Assembly: GCA_050950825.1 (NCBI GenBank)
Contig: JBMNIH010000007.1
Coordinates: 1-64,000 of the forward strand
DNA from: Clostridia bacterium
GTDB taxonomy: Bacteria > Bacillota > Clostridia > JAAYHZ01
Length of the DNA stretch: 64,000 nt
Direction of reading: 5' to 3'
Shown here: piece by piece, positions 8,702-18,789 of the stretch
Position numbering within the stretch: position 1 is the first letter of the stretch
How the letters are laid out: each line of letters starts with the position of its first letter
Translations under genes and position numbers: made by a program
Notes under the pieces: generated by a model
Database searches by the model: none
What the model saw: the letters and a program-made list of their open reading frames with translations, nothing else
Told to the model about the DNA's origin: nothing

Positions 8702-10246
8702 ATGCTGCAAATAAAAAACCTTACCGTTATACACAAAAAAGATTTGAAGGTCTTGTTAGACGATTTTTCTTTTTCCTTGAATCCCGGGAACAAGGCGGTA
8801 ATCATAGGGGAAGAGGGAAACGGCAAGTCCACTTTGCTGAAATTAATTTATGATGAAAAGCTTGTGGAAGACTATGTAGAGTATAAAGGAGAAATCATCA
8901 AAGGAACCGGCAGGATCGGGTATGTAGCCCAAGAGTTAGCCGAAGAGCAACGGTCACAAACCGTGTTTCAATACTTCTCGGAAAGCCCTTACTTTTTCGA
9001 TTTGAATCCGAAAGAGCTGTCGGAAATTGCCGTCAAGCTCGGTCTGCCTCATGATATCTATTATTCCCAACAGCTTGTGGGTACTCTGTCGGGAGGAGAA
9101 AAGGTGAAAGTACAGTTTGCCAAAATGCTTATGGGAAGACCGGATGTTTTGCTTCTGGATGAACCTACAAACGACATCGATATTGATACCTTGGAATGGC
9201 TGGAGGAATATATCAATATCTGCGGCCTTCCCTTAATTTTCGTATCCCATGATGAAACATTAATCGAAAAAACAGCCAATGTGATAATCCACATCGAGCA
9301 AGTGCGGCGGAAAACCTTATCTCGTCATACCATAGCCAAAATGCCGTATACTCAATATCTTCAAGAAAGAGAAGCCAAGCTGTCACACCAAGAACAGATA
9401 GCCAAAAAAGAACAAAGCGAATTCGAAGCGCGGATGGAAAAATACCGAAAAATTTACCGGCAGGTTGAACATGAGCAAAGAACGATAAGCAGAGGGGACC
9501 CTTCCGGAGGCCGGCTGCTAAAGAAAAAAATGAAATCGGTAAAAGCCATGGGCAAACGTTTCGAAAAAGAAAAAGAGTCCATGACCCAAGCTCCGGATAC
9601 GGAAGAAGCCATTATGATTAAGTTCGATGAAAACATCACGGTTCCGAAGGGAAAAACCGTTATCGATTTTGAATCGGATCTTTTGTGCATTGGGGAACGG
9701 GTTTTGTCTCGAAACATTAAACTTATGGTTACCGGCGGACAAAAGATATGTATTATCGGTAAAAACGGCATCGGAAAAAGCATTCTGCTTAAAAAAATAA
9801 CCGAGCAAATCTTGGACAGGGAAGATATCAAGGTTGGGTATATGCCTCAGGATTACGAAGAAATGCTGGATCTTACGCTGACACCGGTGGAGTTTTTGTC
9901 GAAAACCGGGAGAAAAGAAGAGGTCACAAGAATCCGAACCTATTTAGGCAGTATGAAATATACTACGGACGAAATGGAGCATACCGTATCCGAATTATCC
10001 AGAGGTCAAAAGGCGAAGCTTCTGTTTATTAAAATGATTTTGGAAGGCTGCAATGTTTTGGTCCTTGATGAGCCTACACGAAACTTTTCTCCTTTGTCCA
10101 ATCCCGTTATTCGAGATGTGTTAAAGTCATATAACGGAGTAATTCTGTCCGTGTCTCACGACAGGAAATACATTAAAGAAGTCTGCGACCAAATATACGA
10201 GCTAACGGAAGCCGGACTTGTATATATGGAAAAGCCCTCTTTCTAG
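8702..10246 (+). CDS. ABC-F family ATPase (candidate ribosomal protection protein)
   Basis: Two ABC cassettes (GEEGNGKST/LSGGEK/LLLDEPTN and GKNGIGKS/LSRGQK/LVLDEPT), long charged linker, no transmembrane segments. Confidence 0.88.
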   Translation: MLQIKNLTVIHKKDLKVLLDDFSFSLNPGNKAVIIGEEGNGKSTLLKLIYDEKLVEDYVEYKGEIIKGTGRIGYVAQELAEEQRSQTVFQYFSESPYFFDLNPKELSEIAVKLGLPHDIYYSQQLVGTLSGGEKVKVQFAKMLMGRPDVLLLDEPTNDIDIDTLEWLEEYINICGLPLIFVSHDETLIEKTANVIIHIEQVRRKTLSRHTIAKMPYTQYLQEREAKLSHQEQIAKKEQSEFEARMEKYRKIYRQVEHEQRTISRGDPSGGRLLKKKMKSVKAMGKRFEKEKESMTQAPDTEEAIMIKFDENITVPKGKTVIDFESDLLCIGERVLSRNIKLMVTGGQKICIIGKNGIGKSILLKKITEQILDREDIKVGYMPQDYEEMLDLTLTPVEFLSKTGRKEEVTRIRTYLGSMKYTTDEMEHTVSELSRGQKAKLLFIKMILEGCNVLVLDEPTRNFSPLSNPVIRDVLKSYNGVILSVSHDRKYIKEVCDQIYELTEAGLVYMEKPSF

Positions 10247-10257
10247 AGGGTTTTTTC
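10230..10257 (+). terminator. Intrinsic terminator
   Basis: AAAAGCCCTCT...AGAGGGTTTTTT. Confidence 0.7.
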
Positions 10258-10343
10258 ATTGATTACAAACTATTTTTGTCACACATATATTAAAAAAAGC
10301 TGCAGAAGATAAACTAAAACGATATGGTGAAGGAGATGGATAT

Positions 10344-10478
10344 ATGCCAAAGGACAGCCAACCGGACAATAAAAAAGCGCGAATGGTCAAGTGTAAAGGA
10401 CAAACACCCATTACCAAGGAAAACATGAATCAAAACAAAAATGCAAAGAAAAAGTCCGTTAAGAATAAGGATGTTTAA
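10344..10478 (+). CDS. Small Lys/Asn-rich protein (44 aa), below the ORF-track cutoff
   Basis: RBS AAGGAG; MPKDSQPDNKKARMVK...KNKDV; its stop abuts the next RBS. Confidence 0.55.
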   Translation: MPKDSQPDNKKARMVKCKGQTPITKENMNQNKNAKKKSVKNKDV

Positions 10479-10490
10479 GGAGGAGATCGT

Positions 10491-10631
10491 ATGGCGAAAG
10501 CGGGAATGAGACGACCGGACCCCAAAGATTCGGGCCCAAAGCCGCCAAAAAACGAGATGCCTCCCGTTCCGGAAATTCAAGGGAGAGCAAAAACCTCAAA
10601 AAAGAAAGCAAAACCCATGGATCGAGAATAG
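10491..10631 (+). CDS. Small basic Pro/Lys-rich protein (46 aa), below the ORF-track cutoff
   Basis: Strong RBS AAGGAGGAG; MAKAGMRRPDPKD...PEIQGRAK; followed by a terminator. Confidence 0.65.
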   Translation: MAKAGMRRPDPKDSGPKPPKNEMPPVPEIQGRAKTSKKKAKPMDRE

Positions 10632-10643
10632 AAAATCAAAATC

Positions 10644-10670
10644 AAAAACCCCCGATCAAAATCGGGGGTT
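10644..10670. terminator. Terminator between convergent genes
   Basis: AAAAACCCCCGAT-CAAA-ATCGGGGGTT. Confidence 0.75.
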
Positions 10671-10719
10671 CTCGTGTCTTATCATAAGTTCATCGATTCT
10701 TTACCTTTGTGTATAAATA

Positions 10720-12579
10720 TTAGTATAACGGTGCCATGATCTTGAATACTTCTCCGCGTTCAAAGAATTCATACTCTTCTACGCTGTATACTTCGTCGAT
10801 CAGTTTTTGCAAGCCGGCATCGTACAATTGATCGATGTATTGGGACCATTCGCTGTTGAAGTCTGCAATTTGGCCGTTCAATGCACGATTCTTAAAGTCG
10901 TTGATAATCGGATTCATTTGAGGATCCAATTCCGCTTTCAGTTCGGTATACTTCTTGTACAGTTCATCTCCCATGTAAATTTGAGAAATATATTTCACCG
11001 GATCCAACGCATATTTTTCGTACAAGTTGTTCGCGTACATGTAAGCAGGAACGGACCAGTAACCGTCATTAACGGCGGCATCGATTTCACGCTGAGCGGT
11101 AGGCCATTGCATCAACCAGCAGGTAAACGGTCTGACGTTTCCTCTGTATTGAGGTTCCAAATCCGCTTGCGGGGTAATGATCATGGTGCTCTTGTAGGGT
11201 TCGCCTGCCCACTTCCAATGGATTCCTTCAATACCGTAGTGGTATCTGTAGAAAATATCTTCTTCGGTATAGATCATGTATTGAAGCATTCTTAAAATTC
11301 TTTCAAGCTTCGCATCGCTAACTTGTGCACCGATCATTTCGGTTCTGGATAATCCGACGCCGAATGTATCGATACTGTAGGTCATGTCTACCAATTTTCC
11401 TTCGGGTCCTCTGAACATGGGTCCCATGACAAAACGAGCGTTTTCGTCCACGCCTAACAGGATGTTTTGAGGCGGATAGTTTCTGTAAATGTCGTTAGTC
11501 AGCTGCAAGTAACCGTCTCTGTGGCCTTGGAAAATACCCATCTTGTTAGTAGAGCTAAGCTGCTGGTATTCGGCAACCCATCCGGCTTGTCCGGGCAGTC
11601 TTCTGATGTAGCCCTTGTTCAAGTTGTCGGAAATCCAAGCCAAATAGTCTCTGTAAGGTGTGTAAGCAACCTTCGGAACGATGTCTCCGGTAATGGGATC
11701 TTCGTAGAGGTAGTTCAAGTCATAAACGAATCCGAAGAGACCTTCTTGGGTCATGTTTGTCCATGCGGATTCCGGTAGGTACATCATACCGTAGGTATCG
11801 TCTTCACCGTTTCCGTCCGGGTCGTCTTCCGTGAATTTTCTCAGAATGTCGTTGAACTCTTCGAATGTGAAATTGCCTTCGCCGACGAACAAGTTGTCGT
11901 TAAACTGATCGAAACCTTCGGTAATCATTTTTACAGGCTTTAATTGGCTCATATCCATTTCATATCCGATGGCTTCCAACCAGTCGAGATTGATAATGGT
12001 TGCGTCGTAGAAATATTGTGCCGAGGCAAATCCGATGTGGGTAATTCCCAAATACTCATCGGTTGTTCCTTCCACTAAATTATACTTGAAGCCAATGGGC
12101 ATCTTTTGTAACAATTCGTAATAACCGGGCAGATATTTTTGGAAAAAGCTCAAGGGAATCGAACGAGTCAATCCTTCTTTTAACATGTCCGCAGGTTGTC
12201 TCGGACCTCCGGGCATGAACATGAAGTCAGGAACGTCTCCCGAGGCAACAAGCGCAGCCATTCCTTCCTTATCGTTTAAGGAATCTCTAGCCCATACTTG
12301 TAAATCCACGTTGAACATTTCTTCCAGTTCCAACTCGTCCCATCTTCCGTCTTGCCAGTCGGTGTTCAGCTGGGTGATCCAAGAAATTTCCATGAATTCT
12401 TCAAAGGGATTTTCTTCAACAACCGTGGTGGTTGTTTCCAATGTAGTGCCTTTTGTAGTAGTTCCGGTCGAGCTTGTTGTTTTGCTGCCGGTTTCATTCG
12501 GATTTTGTTCCGTTTTTGTGCATGCGGCAAAAGACAGAATCAAAACCGTGGCCAATAGAAAGCATATAAGCTTCTTCAT
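10720..12579 (-). CDS. Extracellular solute-binding lipoprotein (carbohydrate ABC type)
   Basis: FAAC lipobox, Thr-rich linker, ASGDVPD, NLDWLE, DPDGNGEDDTYG and YGIEGIHW motifs. Confidence 0.85.
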   Translation of the reverse strand: MKKLICFLLATVLILSFAACTKTEQNPNETGSKTTSSTGTTTKGTTLETTTTVVEENPFEEFMEISWITQLNTDWQDGRWDELELEEMFNVDLQVWARDSLNDKEGMAALVASGDVPDFMFMPGGPRQPADMLKEGLTRSIPLSFFQKYLPGYYELLQKMPIGFKYNLVEGTTDEYLGITHIGFASAQYFYDATIINLDWLEAIGYEMDMSQLKPVKMITEGFDQFNDNLFVGEGNFTFEEFNDILRKFTEDDPDGNGEDDTYGMMYLPESAWTNMTQEGLFGFVYDLNYLYEDPITGDIVPKVAYTPYRDYLAWISDNLNKGYIRRLPGQAGWVAEYQQLSSTNKMGIFQGHRDGYLQLTNDIYRNYPPQNILLGVDENARFVMGPMFRGPEGKLVDMTYSIDTFGVGLSRTEMIGAQVSDAKLERILRMLQYMIYTEEDIFYRYHYGIEGIHWKWAGEPYKSTMIITPQADLEPQYRGNVRPFTCWLMQWPTAQREIDAAVNDGYWSVPAYMYANNLYEKYALDPVKYISQIYMGDELYKKYTELKAELDPQMNPIINDFKNRALNGQIADFNSEWSQYIDQLYDAGLQKLIDEVYSVEEYEFFERGEVFKIMAPLY

Positions 12580-12830
12580 TATATAACCTCCAAATGTAGC
12601 GTTTTCGATGTAACCGTTTGATTACATACATCGGCGAATTATAACACAACGAAACGGTAAAATAACCGGTGAATTTCGTCGATAAACAAATTGTGTGATT
12701 TTTTTATCAAATGGTTCTACATTCGAAGTAATTAAAATATAAATTCACCAATTTGGATTTTTAATTACAAAACAATTTTGTTTGCAAACGAATGATCTCC
12801 ATGCTAACCTATAGTTAAATAAAGCGAAGA

Positions 12831-13718
12831 ATGAATGTAAAACGGAGGAGACAAAGAGGGTTCTTTGCCGACAAGATTATGAAGACAAGTCTGTTTATAT
12901 TCCCGAATAAAGACCGTTCCTATTTTGACATCATCGACGAAGTCCAAAAAGTCGGTTTTGACGGTATCGAGCTGTACCGAGCATGCGAATTGCTCCGGCC
13001 GGATACGGAAGCGGCGGAAAAAATAGGGGAATATGCCGCATCGAAAGGTGTAGCCATCAGCTGTATCTCCGTAGGTGCGAATCTATGGCGGGATAATCCG
13101 TCGGAGGATATTCTGCTTTTAAAGCGCTATGTTGATGTAGCCAAGGCGTTGGGCACACCTTATCTTCACCATACCTTAGGCTCGGTCATGAGGCATAAGG
13201 ATATGAACCTTCGATATCGGTGCATTTTGTCCAATATTACAAAGGCTCTGAGAGAGATTTGCGGTTATGCCAAAGAAAAGGGAATTACCGTTATAAACGA
13301 AAACCAAGGCTATATTACCAACGGCGTTCCTTTTTTTGAAGAGCTTTTGAGCGAAATCGATTTTGACAATTACGGATTGGTTGCGGACTTAGGAAACATT
13401 CTTTTTACGGACTGCCGGCCGGAAGCTTTCGTAGGACGTTTCGCTCCCTTCATCAAGCACGTCCACGTAAAAGATTATTTGTATAAATCCGGCGGAGGAC
13501 TATTCCCCGGGGAAGAATGGATGATGACAAAGGAAGGAAACTATCTTTACGATGCCGTTATCGGATACGGTGTCATCGACTTTCAAAAGGTTTTCCGAAT
13601 ATTAAAATCGGCGGGTTATGACGGCTATTTCTCCATGGAATGCGGCAGAGAAACGGGGCTTCCTCATAACATTGAAAAAGGTTTGAGGAATATGAAGCGG
13701 TATTACGAAAATTGCTGA
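12831..13718 (+). CDS. Sugar phosphate isomerase/epimerase (TIM barrel); start may be 12879
   Basis: GFDGIEL, ENQG, DLGN, HVHVKD and GYDGYFSME motifs. Confidence 0.85.
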   Translation: MNVKRRRQRGFFADKIMKTSLFIFPNKDRSYFDIIDEVQKVGFDGIELYRACELLRPDTEAAEKIGEYAASKGVAISCISVGANLWRDNPSEDILLLKRYVDVAKALGTPYLHHTLGSVMRHKDMNLRYRCILSNITKALREICGYAKEKGITVINENQGYITNGVPFFEELLSEIDFDNYGLVADLGNILFTDCRPEAFVGRFAPFIKHVHVKDYLYKSGGGLFPGEEWMMTKEGNYLYDAVIGYGVIDFQKVFRILKSAGYDGYFSMECGRETGLPHNIEKGLRNMKRYYENC

Positions 13719-13730
13719 AGAAAGGATCGT

Positions 13731-14831
13731 TTGCATATGAAAAGAATTTGCACTTTGCACGATGCATGGGTATCTTGGTGTTCGGGTGAAAAGTTCCCGA
13801 TTGCATTTTTTGGCGACAGCACCACGGACGGAAACACCACCACGGGGTATGAACGCAACCAATTCGGAAAAGACAGCTTGAACCCCAATGCTTATTGTAA
13901 GATTTTGGAGGACAGACTCCGGGAGGCGACGGAAAACCGGGAATTGAGGATATACAACGCAGGATTCAGCGGTACGACGGCCAAATGGGGCAGGGAAAAC
14001 TTTCAACAGGTGTTTTTGGATAATCCTCATTACAAGGACGTGAAGATGATCGGCATCAGCTACGGCATCAACGATCGGCTGCTGTATACCGATGTGAAGT
14101 CCTACAAAAACTCCTTCAAGGAAGACGTAAAACAAATAGCGGAAATGTGTCTTGCCAACGGTATTCAACCCTTTTTGCTAACGACCCAAGCCGTTGTGGA
14201 GCCCGGTGTTACCACGGTTATTAAAACCCAATATCCTTTGCGAACAAGCGTCCTGATAAAAACCATTGCGAACCGGGTGAAGGAGGAGCTGGCGGAAGAG
14301 ATGGGCTTGGAATTGCTGGATTTGAATCGGTACACGGAGGAATTTTTGAAGTATGCCTCATTCGGATTGAACGAAATCATTCCGGATCGACTCCATTTCG
14401 GAAATATCGGCCACCGGTTCGAAGCGGAAGTGCTGTTTTCTCTGATCAATCCCCAAACCATATTCATTGAAGATGCTTGTTTAATCGATTATTCGAACCA
14501 ATCGGTGGGAAAAAGCGTCCCGGACGATTGGCTGACATTGACGAAAGCGGATCAAGACGGCTTTAAGGTCTTCACGAACCGTGAAAAAGAAGATGCCGAC
14601 GACTTGATTCTTTTCAGCGTATATGTATTTAATAAAGCAAGAAGAAGGCTTTCCATTAAAGCCGTAAAATGCGGTTTCGGGTCGGAAACGTATGTAAAAA
14701 TAAACGGGGAAAGAAAACCGCTGACGGATGTAAAGACCGATTTGGGCATGTTGGAATTAGGACTTCATAAATTGGAGGCCTTTTCAGGGCAATCAAAACA
14801 CGTAGATTTTAAAGGCTTTATTTTGGAATAA
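13731..14831 (+). CDS. SGNH/GDSL-family hydrolase (esterase)
   Basis: FFGDSTT, NAGFSG, GIND and DRLH blocks. Confidence 0.85.
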   Translation: MHMKRICTLHDAWVSWCSGEKFPIAFFGDSTTDGNTTTGYERNQFGKDSLNPNAYCKILEDRLREATENRELRIYNAGFSGTTAKWGRENFQQVFLDNPHYKDVKMIGISYGINDRLLYTDVKSYKNSFKEDVKQIAEMCLANGIQPFLLTTQAVVEPGVTTVIKTQYPLRTSVLIKTIANRVKEELAEEMGLELLDLNRYTEEFLKYASFGLNEIIPDRLHFGNIGHRFEAEVLFSLINPQTIFIEDACLIDYSNQSVGKSVPDDWLTLTKADQDGFKVFTNREKEDADDLILFSVYVFNKARRRLSIKAVKCGFGSETYVKINGERKPLTDVKTDLGMLELGLHKLEAFSGQSKHVDFKGFILE

Positions 14832-14889
14832 GTCGGTATCCTTAAATTATTGAAAAACTAAAAAACCTAAAAGGAGCAAGGAGTAAGAC

Positions 14890-17100
14890 ATGTATATCAA
14901 GAATCGTATTTTACCCGTACCTCAAGAGCTTAAATTGACAAAAGGAAAATGTGTTGTGTTGGGGAAGCCCGGATCTGCATTATATAGGCTGGAAATCGGT
15001 GAACTGCCGAACACCCCCGTTGTGAAAAGTGCTTTGGAGCTGTTAACCGACCACCTGACGGGCATTTTAAATGCAGATGCATACGATGCAAACGGCGATA
15101 TTCCCATAAGAATATCGGTAGGAACGGCTCCCTCCGGTATAAAGAATCCGGATCAAGGCTACCGTTTGGAAGTATCTTCGGAAGGCGTGGAGCTTATAGG
15201 ATTCGGCGATCTCGGTTTGTTTTACGGCGCATTGACGTTAAAGCAATGCTTGGTCTTGGAAGACAATAAATTGGCGCTGCCCTTTATGAAAATAACCGAC
15301 TGGCCCGATTTAAAAACCCGCGGTCACTTTATGGAAAGCCGTTACGGTTCCAACTTAATGACCTTGGATGATTGGAAGTACGTTGTGGACCATATGGCCG
15401 GGATGAAAATGAACCAATTGGTAATATCGGTATACGGATGCTGGTGCGTACAGTACGACGGCCGAGTCAGCGAATATATGTACGTTCCCATAAAAAAATA
15501 CCCGAAATTAAAAACCCCGGTGGTTATCAAATACTACTCTCCTTCCCAAGGCCGCTGGATCAATGAGGAATGCTTGCCGCCTATGTTCGAGCAGGACTTT
15601 TTGGGCGAGCTGATCGCTTACGGAAAAACCAAGGGCGTTACCGTATTCCCTTTGTTTAACTCCTACGGACACAATACGCTGATACCCGCACAATATCCGG
15701 AAGTATCCGCGAAAGACGAAAACGGCGAACCTACCTTGACCGGTTTTTGTACCGCAAATCCGAAAACCTACGAAATGCTGTTTGATATCTATGATGAAAT
15801 CATCGACCGCTATTTGAAGCCCAACAGAATTGATTGCTTCCATGTCGGCTTGGACGAAGTCTGGGACGGCATTGCATTGAATGCGGAAGATATCTACCGA
15901 ATTCGTTCGCCTTGGTGTAAATGTGAAAAATGCAAGGACATCGACCGTAAGAAGCTCTTTATCAATCATGCCATACGCCTTTTGACGCACCTGAAGGAAA
16001 GAGGCATGAAAAATATCTATATGTACCACGACATGCTTATCGGGCACGGCAGATCTACGGACGGAGACGCTACGGAAGATATGATGAGAGCTCTAAAGGA
16101 AAACGACTTGACGGATGTAGTGGTTATCGACTGGTGGACCTATTCCGACTTCCAAGAAAACTTGATGTTCCAAACCACACGACCCGAATTGGGATTAAGA
16201 AGAACGGTGAAGCCTTGGAACGGGTATTACCATTGGACGTTGGTGACCCATCCTTTAAGAAATATCAAGCTGTTGGCCGATATGGGACATAAAGAAGGCG
16301 TAGAAGGAATGCAATCCTATTCCGCATGGGACGAAAGCTACGACCGAAATCACGTGTGCCAAGCCGATTACAGCTGGAATTATGAAGGCACCGGTTCTTT
16401 AGAGCAAATGAAGCTCCATTACGTAGATCATTATTTCGGTACCCAACAGGAAAAGGCAAAAACCGCCTTTGCTTTATTGGACCTCATAACCGAAGACCGT
16501 AAGGGCAGCTTCGAAAACGGAGGTCCCATCGTTTCCAACTACCGACTCATGCTGAGCACCCTGTCCTATTATTTCTACAGCTATGTACGAGCCGGCAAGC
16601 CTTATCCCCGTTCCTTCCCGGGAGAAGCGGTGGCTGCCCTGTTAAGCGACCGTTCGAAGTACGAGAAGGCTTTGTTGGAAATCCGGGCGATGGCAAAACA
16701 GGCCAAAGAGCTGTTCGAAGAAATCGCTTTGGATCCGAGATGCAACGTAAGAATGGCACTTCGTTATGCCTACGAAGCCAATTACTACTTGTGTCTTGTG
16801 GAAGATTATTTGGCCTTGCTGCAGATGGTTGACTACAATGAATCCTCTTGCCCCTATAAATACGAAAAGATCAAGAATTTAGCCGGAGAACGTAAATTGG
16901 CAAGGCTTTCTTTGATGGGACAAATGGAGCGGACGAAAGAAAAATTCTTGTTCGCGAGCCACTTAAGAAACCAAAGCATTTTCATGCAGTTCTTTGCAGA
17001 CTTAGAAGGCTATTTGGCGGAAACGGATCCGTCGAAGGTCTCCTTGGATTTTACGGACTTAAGTCCTATCGCAAGCCAAGCATTCAAAGAATTAAGGTAA
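14890..17100 (+). CDS. GH20-like glycoside hydrolase (N-acetylhexosaminidase fold)
   Basis: QGYRL...GLFYGALTLKQ...ITDWPDLKTRG N-terminal domain; catalytic-type HVGLDEV motif. Confidence 0.78.
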   Translation: MYIKNRILPVPQELKLTKGKCVVLGKPGSALYRLEIGELPNTPVVKSALELLTDHLTGILNADAYDANGDIPIRISVGTAPSGIKNPDQGYRLEVSSEGVELIGFGDLGLFYGALTLKQCLVLEDNKLALPFMKITDWPDLKTRGHFMESRYGSNLMTLDDWKYVVDHMAGMKMNQLVISVYGCWCVQYDGRVSEYMYVPIKKYPKLKTPVVIKYYSPSQGRWINEECLPPMFEQDFLGELIAYGKTKGVTVFPLFNSYGHNTLIPAQYPEVSAKDENGEPTLTGFCTANPKTYEMLFDIYDEIIDRYLKPNRIDCFHVGLDEVWDGIALNAEDIYRIRSPWCKCEKCKDIDRKKLFINHAIRLLTHLKERGMKNIYMYHDMLIGHGRSTDGDATEDMMRALKENDLTDVVVIDWWTYSDFQENLMFQTTRPELGLRRTVKPWNGYYHWTLVTHPLRNIKLLADMGHKEGVEGMQSYSAWDESYDRNHVCQADYSWNYEGTGSLEQMKLHYVDHYFGTQQEKAKTAFALLDLITEDRKGSFENGGPIVSNYRLMLSTLSYYFYSYVRAGKPYPRSFPGEAVAALLSDRSKYEKALLEIRAMAKQAKELFEEIALDPRCNVRMALRYAYEANYYLCLVEDYLALLQMVDYNESSCPYKYEKIKNLAGERKLARLSLMGQMERTKEKFLFASHLRNQSIFMQFFADLEGYLAETDPSKVSLDFTDLSPIASQAFKELR

Positions 17101-17116
17101 ATGAACAACGAGTTAG

Positions 17117-17140
17117 AAAAAGGAGCGCCGCTCCTTTTTT
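17117..17140 (+). terminator. Intrinsic terminator
   Basis: AAAAAGGAGC-GCC-GCTCCTTTTTT. Confidence 0.75.
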
Positions 17141-17252
17141 CTTTGTCTCGGTATATAGTAATATTCGGACTTTAGATATATAATATAACGAAAGGCATAG
17201 GATATAAACCTTTTACAAAAGTTATATACGTTTCAAAGATTGTGAGGAGAAA

Positions 17253-18722
17253 ATGGCTAAAAACAAATGGATATTTTATACGGCGGCAATCGCGGTAATA
17301 CTTTTAATCGTTATTCTTTCCCTGGCGCTCCCCGGAATGATTCCCAAAAATGAAGGCTCTGAAAAGGACCTTCATGAAACGACGGGATACCAAGAAGAGG
17401 TAACAACAGGAAAGCCTATCACCGTTCCGCCGGAAACCGTAACCGAGACGAAGAAAGAAACCCAAAAAGAAACGGCACAAACGACGCAAGAAACAACACG
17501 AAGGGAAACGACGCAAGAAACCACCCGAGAGGAAACAACGCCGGAAGAAACAACCGAAAACAAGCCCGCAGAAAAAACGACGTCGGAGACAACGAAGGAA
17601 AGCGAAACCGTTGTCGAAGACCCTTACATAGATGAATCGGACTATCCTACTCCGAAAGACATAAAAGCAAAAGCCGTCTACCTGAACGCCGGAGCCGCAG
17701 GCACACCGAGCGTCATCAACTATATCATCGATTTGGCGAAAAATACCGAATTGAACGCGGTGGTTATCGATATTAAAGACGGCCCCATCGCTTATCCTTC
17801 CGAGGTGAAGTATGCAAAGGAGTACGGACTGTACGGCGTATATTACTACCCGGACGAGCTCATTGCCAAGCTGCACGACAATGACATCTATGTCATCGGC
17901 AGACTGGTTTGTTTCAGAGACCCCGCATTGGCGGAAAAGAAACCGGAATTGGCGATACATACGGCAAGCGGGGAAATATGGAAAGAAAACGGCACCACCG
18001 CTTGGCTGAACCCCTATCATCCGGATGTTCAAAAATATTTGTTGGATCTGGCAACGGAAGCGGCCAAAAAGGGCTTTGACGAAATCCAATTCGACTATAT
18101 AAGGTTTCCCACGGGAACATATGGCAAGGATTATTACGGAGAAAACCTTCCGAGCAAAACGGAAGCGGTTGAAGCATTCCTGGATGCGGCAGTGAAAGCT
18201 TTAAGGCCTTACGGAGTAAAGGTTACCGCGGATATTTTCGGTATCGTAGGATTAAGCCAAGCCGACGGTTATGCCATAGGCCAGCACCTTGAAACGATCG
18301 GTAAAAACATCGACTACATATGCCCCATGGTTTACCCCTCTCACTATGCCAACGGCAGCAACAGCGTAATGGGCAACGGTACCGGAACCATTCTTAACGG
18401 TGTACTTTACAAAGCTCCGGATTTAAACCCCTATGAAATCGTGTACGGAACGCTGATTCGAATGAGGGAAAGAATTGCAAAGGTCGAAAATTACAAGGCG
18501 AGTTTAAGACCGTATCTCCAAGCCTTCAGCGCGTCCTATTTGCCGAAGGGCTATTACCAACGCTACGAAGCGGAACAAATCCGTCAGCAAATTCAAGCCG
18601 TATACGATGCCGGCTACGAAGAATGGATTTTATGGGACCACAGCAGCAACTACCCGAGAGACGCATTTTTACCGAAGAAAAGCTCTTCCGAGACGGAAAA
18701 AAACGAAAGTGACGGGCAATGA
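17253..18722 (+). CDS. Membrane-anchored putative glycoside hydrolase (DUF4015-like)
   Basis: N-terminal TM, Thr/Glu linker, LNAVVIDIKD, GFDEIQFDYIRFP and PMVYPSHY motifs. Confidence 0.8.
   Translation: MAKNKWIFYTAAIAVILLIVILSLALPGMIPKNEGSEKDLHETTGYQEEVTTGKPITVPPETVTETKKETQKETAQTTQETTRRETTQETTREETTPEETTENKPAEKTTSETTKESETVVEDPYIDESDYPTPKDIKAKAVYLNAGAAGTPSVINYIIDLAKNTELNAVVIDIKDGPIAYPSEVKYAKEYGLYGVYYYPDELIAKLHDNDIYVIGRLVCFRDPALAEKKPELAIHTASGEIWKENGTTAWLNPYHPDVQKYLLDLATEAAKKGFDEIQFDYIRFPTGTYGKDYYGENLPSKTEAVEAFLDAAVKALRPYGVKVTADIFGIVGLSQADGYAIGQHLETIGKNIDYICPMVYPSHYANGSNSVMGNGTGTILNGVLYKAPDLNPYEIVYGTLIRMRERIAKVENYKASLRPYLQAFSASYLPKGYYQRYEAEQIRQQIQAVYDAGYEEWILWDHSSNYPRDAFLPKKSSSETEKNESDGQ
17450..17610 (+). 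repeat. Low-complexity Thr/Glu-rich coding repeat (QETT/RETT units)
   Basis: Repeated AAACGACGCAAGAAAC units inside the DUF4015-like gene. Confidence 0.6.
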
Positions 18723-18789
18723 TTGTAATGAAAACGATATTTCGCTATACTTTTATCAAATAAATGAAGGGATAAGGAGAGTCTAAAGA

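Noticed and set aside
17304-18089. Long antisense ORFs (also 1788-2480, 28971-29579, 32161-32889)
   Set aside because: Antisense shadows of well-supported genes.
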